Assembly: GCA_022605425.2 (NCBI GenBank)
Contig: CM061253.1
Span: 558,001-622,000, forward strand
Direction: 5' to 3'
DNA length: 64,000 nt
Origin: Hamiltosporidium tvaerminnensis FI-OER-3-3
Lineage: Eukaryota; Fungi; Microsporidia
Part shown: one piece after another, positions 61,483 through 64,000 of the stretch
Numbering within the stretch: position 1 is the first letter of the stretch
Layout: each line of letters starts with the position of its first letter
Translations under genes and position numbers: made by a program
Notes under the pieces: generated by a model
Databases searched by the model: none
The model's input: the letters and a program-made list of their open reading frames with translations, nothing else
What the model was told of the DNA's origin: nothing

Positions 61483-61818
61483 ATGGAAGATCAAGATTGT
61501 AAAATCTGTACAAGGAACGAATTCGTTTTGGGTCCACAAACACCAAATAATTTGGATTTATTATGTAATAAGTGTAGAGAACATAATAAAAAACTTTTTA
61601 AAAGAGAAAATTTTATCAAAAGATATTTTTATCTGTACAAAGTTACATTGGGAATTTCAATAATGAATACCATAGAAGCATGGATAACTCATATTATTTT
61701 TCTATTAATGTTATATTCTTGTATTGTGCAAGGATATAGGTTTATACAGAGTATATTGTATGGAGCTATTGATCATTATAAGTCTGCACATTATCTGATT
61801 AAAAAATATTTCATATAA
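61483..61818 (+). CDS. Probable serine palmitoyltransferase small subunit-like protein with N-terminal CxxC..CxxC extension
   Basis: RYFYLYKVTLGISIMNTIEAWITHIIFLLML resembles the ssSPT motif (W.YYQY.L..GLYMLEPWE...FN) followed by one TM helix. Confidence 0.55.
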   Translation: MEDQDCKICTRNEFVLGPQTPNNLDLLCNKCREHNKKLFKRENFIKRYFYLYKVTLGISIMNTIEAWITHIIFLLMLYSCIVQGYRFIQSILYGAIDHYKSAHYLIKKYFI

Positions 61819-61899
61819 GTATTTCCTATAAAGTTTTTATCTTTTTTACAATAAAATTTTTGAATTAAAAATATTTTTTATATAATAACCCTAGAATAA

Positions 61900-63130
61900 A
61901 CTTAGAGCCGTTTACACTTTCTGGATTACAGAGCGAACATTGTTTATTCAACTCTTGGATTTCCGGAAAAAAGTAAAGAAATATTGACTAGACGAGCAGC
62001 AATCCTAAAGGTGGAAAGTACCAATAGAACCCACCATCTGAAATAGAAAGCTTCTTAAAAGTGAAATATAGGTTGGAAGAAGAGGTCACTGAGAAGAATT
62101 TAGTAGATGCTCAACTTGCAAAATTATAAGACGAAAACTTCATTCAAAGTTATATAATATAAGAAAAATTTGGCTTGTGTTTAGTCACTCTACTAGATGG
62201 GTAAAGAAGAAGAGTGTTAGACCACTGATGAAGCGTTCTGCTGCTATATTTAGATAGAAATGTATTCTGAGGAGGAAAAAGTATTTACTAACACCGTAAT
62301 GAATCCGTTAAAACTGTAGATATCCTAGCAACTCGATATGAGAAAATACTAGGCCATGGCTACACCAGACGGCGTAAGGAAGTGGTAAGATACCAGCACC
62401 CTCTCTTTCTAAACAAATAAAGATATAGTCTTCAAACCGAATTGGAAGCCAACAGTTCAATAAATTTTTAACAACAAGCATACGGAGATAAGACTGGACA
62501 CCGGGGTAAGAACTGCTGTCAAGATTCGGAATTATAGACCCGATATATTTATTTTAGATAAAAGAAAAAATATTCTGATATTCATTGAAGTAGGAATTAC
62601 ATTCCAAAATTCACTTCAAATAGTGTAAACTGCCCAACTTATGAAGTATGATCTGCTAACTAATGAGTTAGGTCTTATTTATATGTGTAGTGTTTATTTA
62701 ATCCCCGTATGTGACAACCTGGGAGGATATTTTGACAAAATACCATAAGTCACACCTCAAAAGACAGCAAATCTCTCATAATGCAAAATATACATTCATT
62801 CATAGTACTTAAGCAGACGGTCGAAACAATTTAGTTTGATCAAAGAAAGAATTTATTCTGGTCAAAATCAAGCTGAGAAACTGCATCAAGGGGTGTTAGT
62901 AATAGAGCCGAAATCCAAGAAGAACAATATTATCTTTAAAACAAGCCACTAACGATGAAGATGGTGTTAAGCATTTAAGAAAAGGAACTAATATTCCTTG
63001 ATTTCAGAAGGATGAACTACATTAAAGAACACTATGCTAAACATAAATGAAAGGTTGGATTTAGAAGAAGAGACGATTGTAGTACAAAAGGTAGAAGCAA
63101 ACGCAGTAAACTGGAAAAATGGGTTCAACC
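61900..63130 (+). mobile_element. Decayed 5'-truncated R4/Dong-like LINE
   Basis: Colinear with 58800-60050 (actagacgagcagcaatcct, gctcaacttgcaaa, ctaggccatg, cggaattatagacccgatatatttattttagataa). Many stops. Confidence 0.88.
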
Positions 63131-63199
63131 GTGAAATTATGGAAAAAAATAAAAGAAAAGTGAAAAGTATAAGAACAATAAAAGTATCTCGTCGTGATG

Positions 63200-63400
63200 A
63201 AAAAGACAAATGATGCAAGAAATCAATGTCTGGATTTTCGCTAAGTGCAAGATTATAAAATTTTTTCTTATCTTTACAAATCCTTTAAGAATTAGAAGGC
63301 TACTAAATGGCAAGACTTTTTCTAGAAATCTGTTTTGTAATTTTCATGTAACTAGAATAGAAAAATTGGCTGAAGTTGTTAGTAATTGTCGTAATTTTTC
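63200..63400 (+). mobile_element. Diverged partial family A copy
   Basis: aatggcaagactttttctagaaat..catgtaactaga..gctgaa..gtaattg matches 60484-60566. Confidence 0.6.
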
Positions 63401-64000
63401 GTCCGGCTTATATATAGGGAAATATCTTTTAAAAATTTCTATTTATTTACAAAGAAGGGAAATCATTAAAATAGGGATTAAGCAAAAAAAATGCATATTA
63501 TTATCAATCAAAATGCTTTCTGGATATTTTAGAATGATTTTTTTTTTGAAGTATAAAATTTGAATACTTAAATGAAATAAAGTCAAAGAATAATTAATTT
63601 TTTTTTAAAAAATAATCGTTTTTAAATCACCTCGGGTGATCATTTTTGTTACTATCTTCTCATTGAAAATTTCTATAATAGTAAAAACGTTTTATATGAC
63701 ATTTTTTCGTTAAACCACAATTTGATTTTTTTATAGTTCGTTTGGGTATTTCCTACTTTTGAAAAACCTTTATTTGCTCTAATTCTATTTTTCTTCACAA
63801 TTACTTTGCTTTGGTATAAAAAGTTAAACAACATATTTGCCCAAATGATTGCTATAGATGCAAACCATCCTTCATTAATTGGTTTTCGAAATTGTTTCTT
63901 TCTTTTTCTTTAAAAAAATCTTTGTATAAATCAAGTAAGAAAATATAAATAAAAGAGGTGAAAAGAAGAATAGAAAGAGAAGATTAGCAGAAATAAAACT

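Noticed and set aside
63975-63990. AGAGAAGATTAGCA matching the U6 snRNA core
   Set aside because: Flanks on both sides do not match U6; purine-rich context at the window edge.

Overview
This is very AT-rich, gene-sparse, transposon-riddled eukaryotic DNA that reads as a large-genome microsporidian. Supporting signs are intronless ORFs, CCC motifs just upstream of several ATGs, divergent housekeeping proteins, ricin-B-like and LRR secreted families. Hamiltosporidium-like is my best guess and is unverified. Apparently intact genes: Ase1/PRC1-like, a probable Sen54, three tandem secreted ricin-B-lectin-like paralogues, one secreted LRR-family gene, PIG-U, Mrt4 and a probable SPT small subunit. 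There are at least three LRR-family pseudogenes. Much of the rest is decayed mobile DNA: R4/Dong-like and RTE LINEs, a Buster-type hAT and its non-autonomous derivative, and three Ginger-like integrase transposons (two with TGTCA-type TIRs). The most striking unexplained signal is a set of non-coding SINE-like retroposons. Family A (~730 bp) is GC-rich and hairpin-rich, has 14-18 bp target-site duplications and lacks a recognisable tRNA/7SL/5S head. Family B (~225 bp) shares the same ~70-nt 5' head but has a different body and an RTE-like (TAAG) tail. All calls come from reading the sequence; no searches were run, and boundaries of degenerate elements are approximate.
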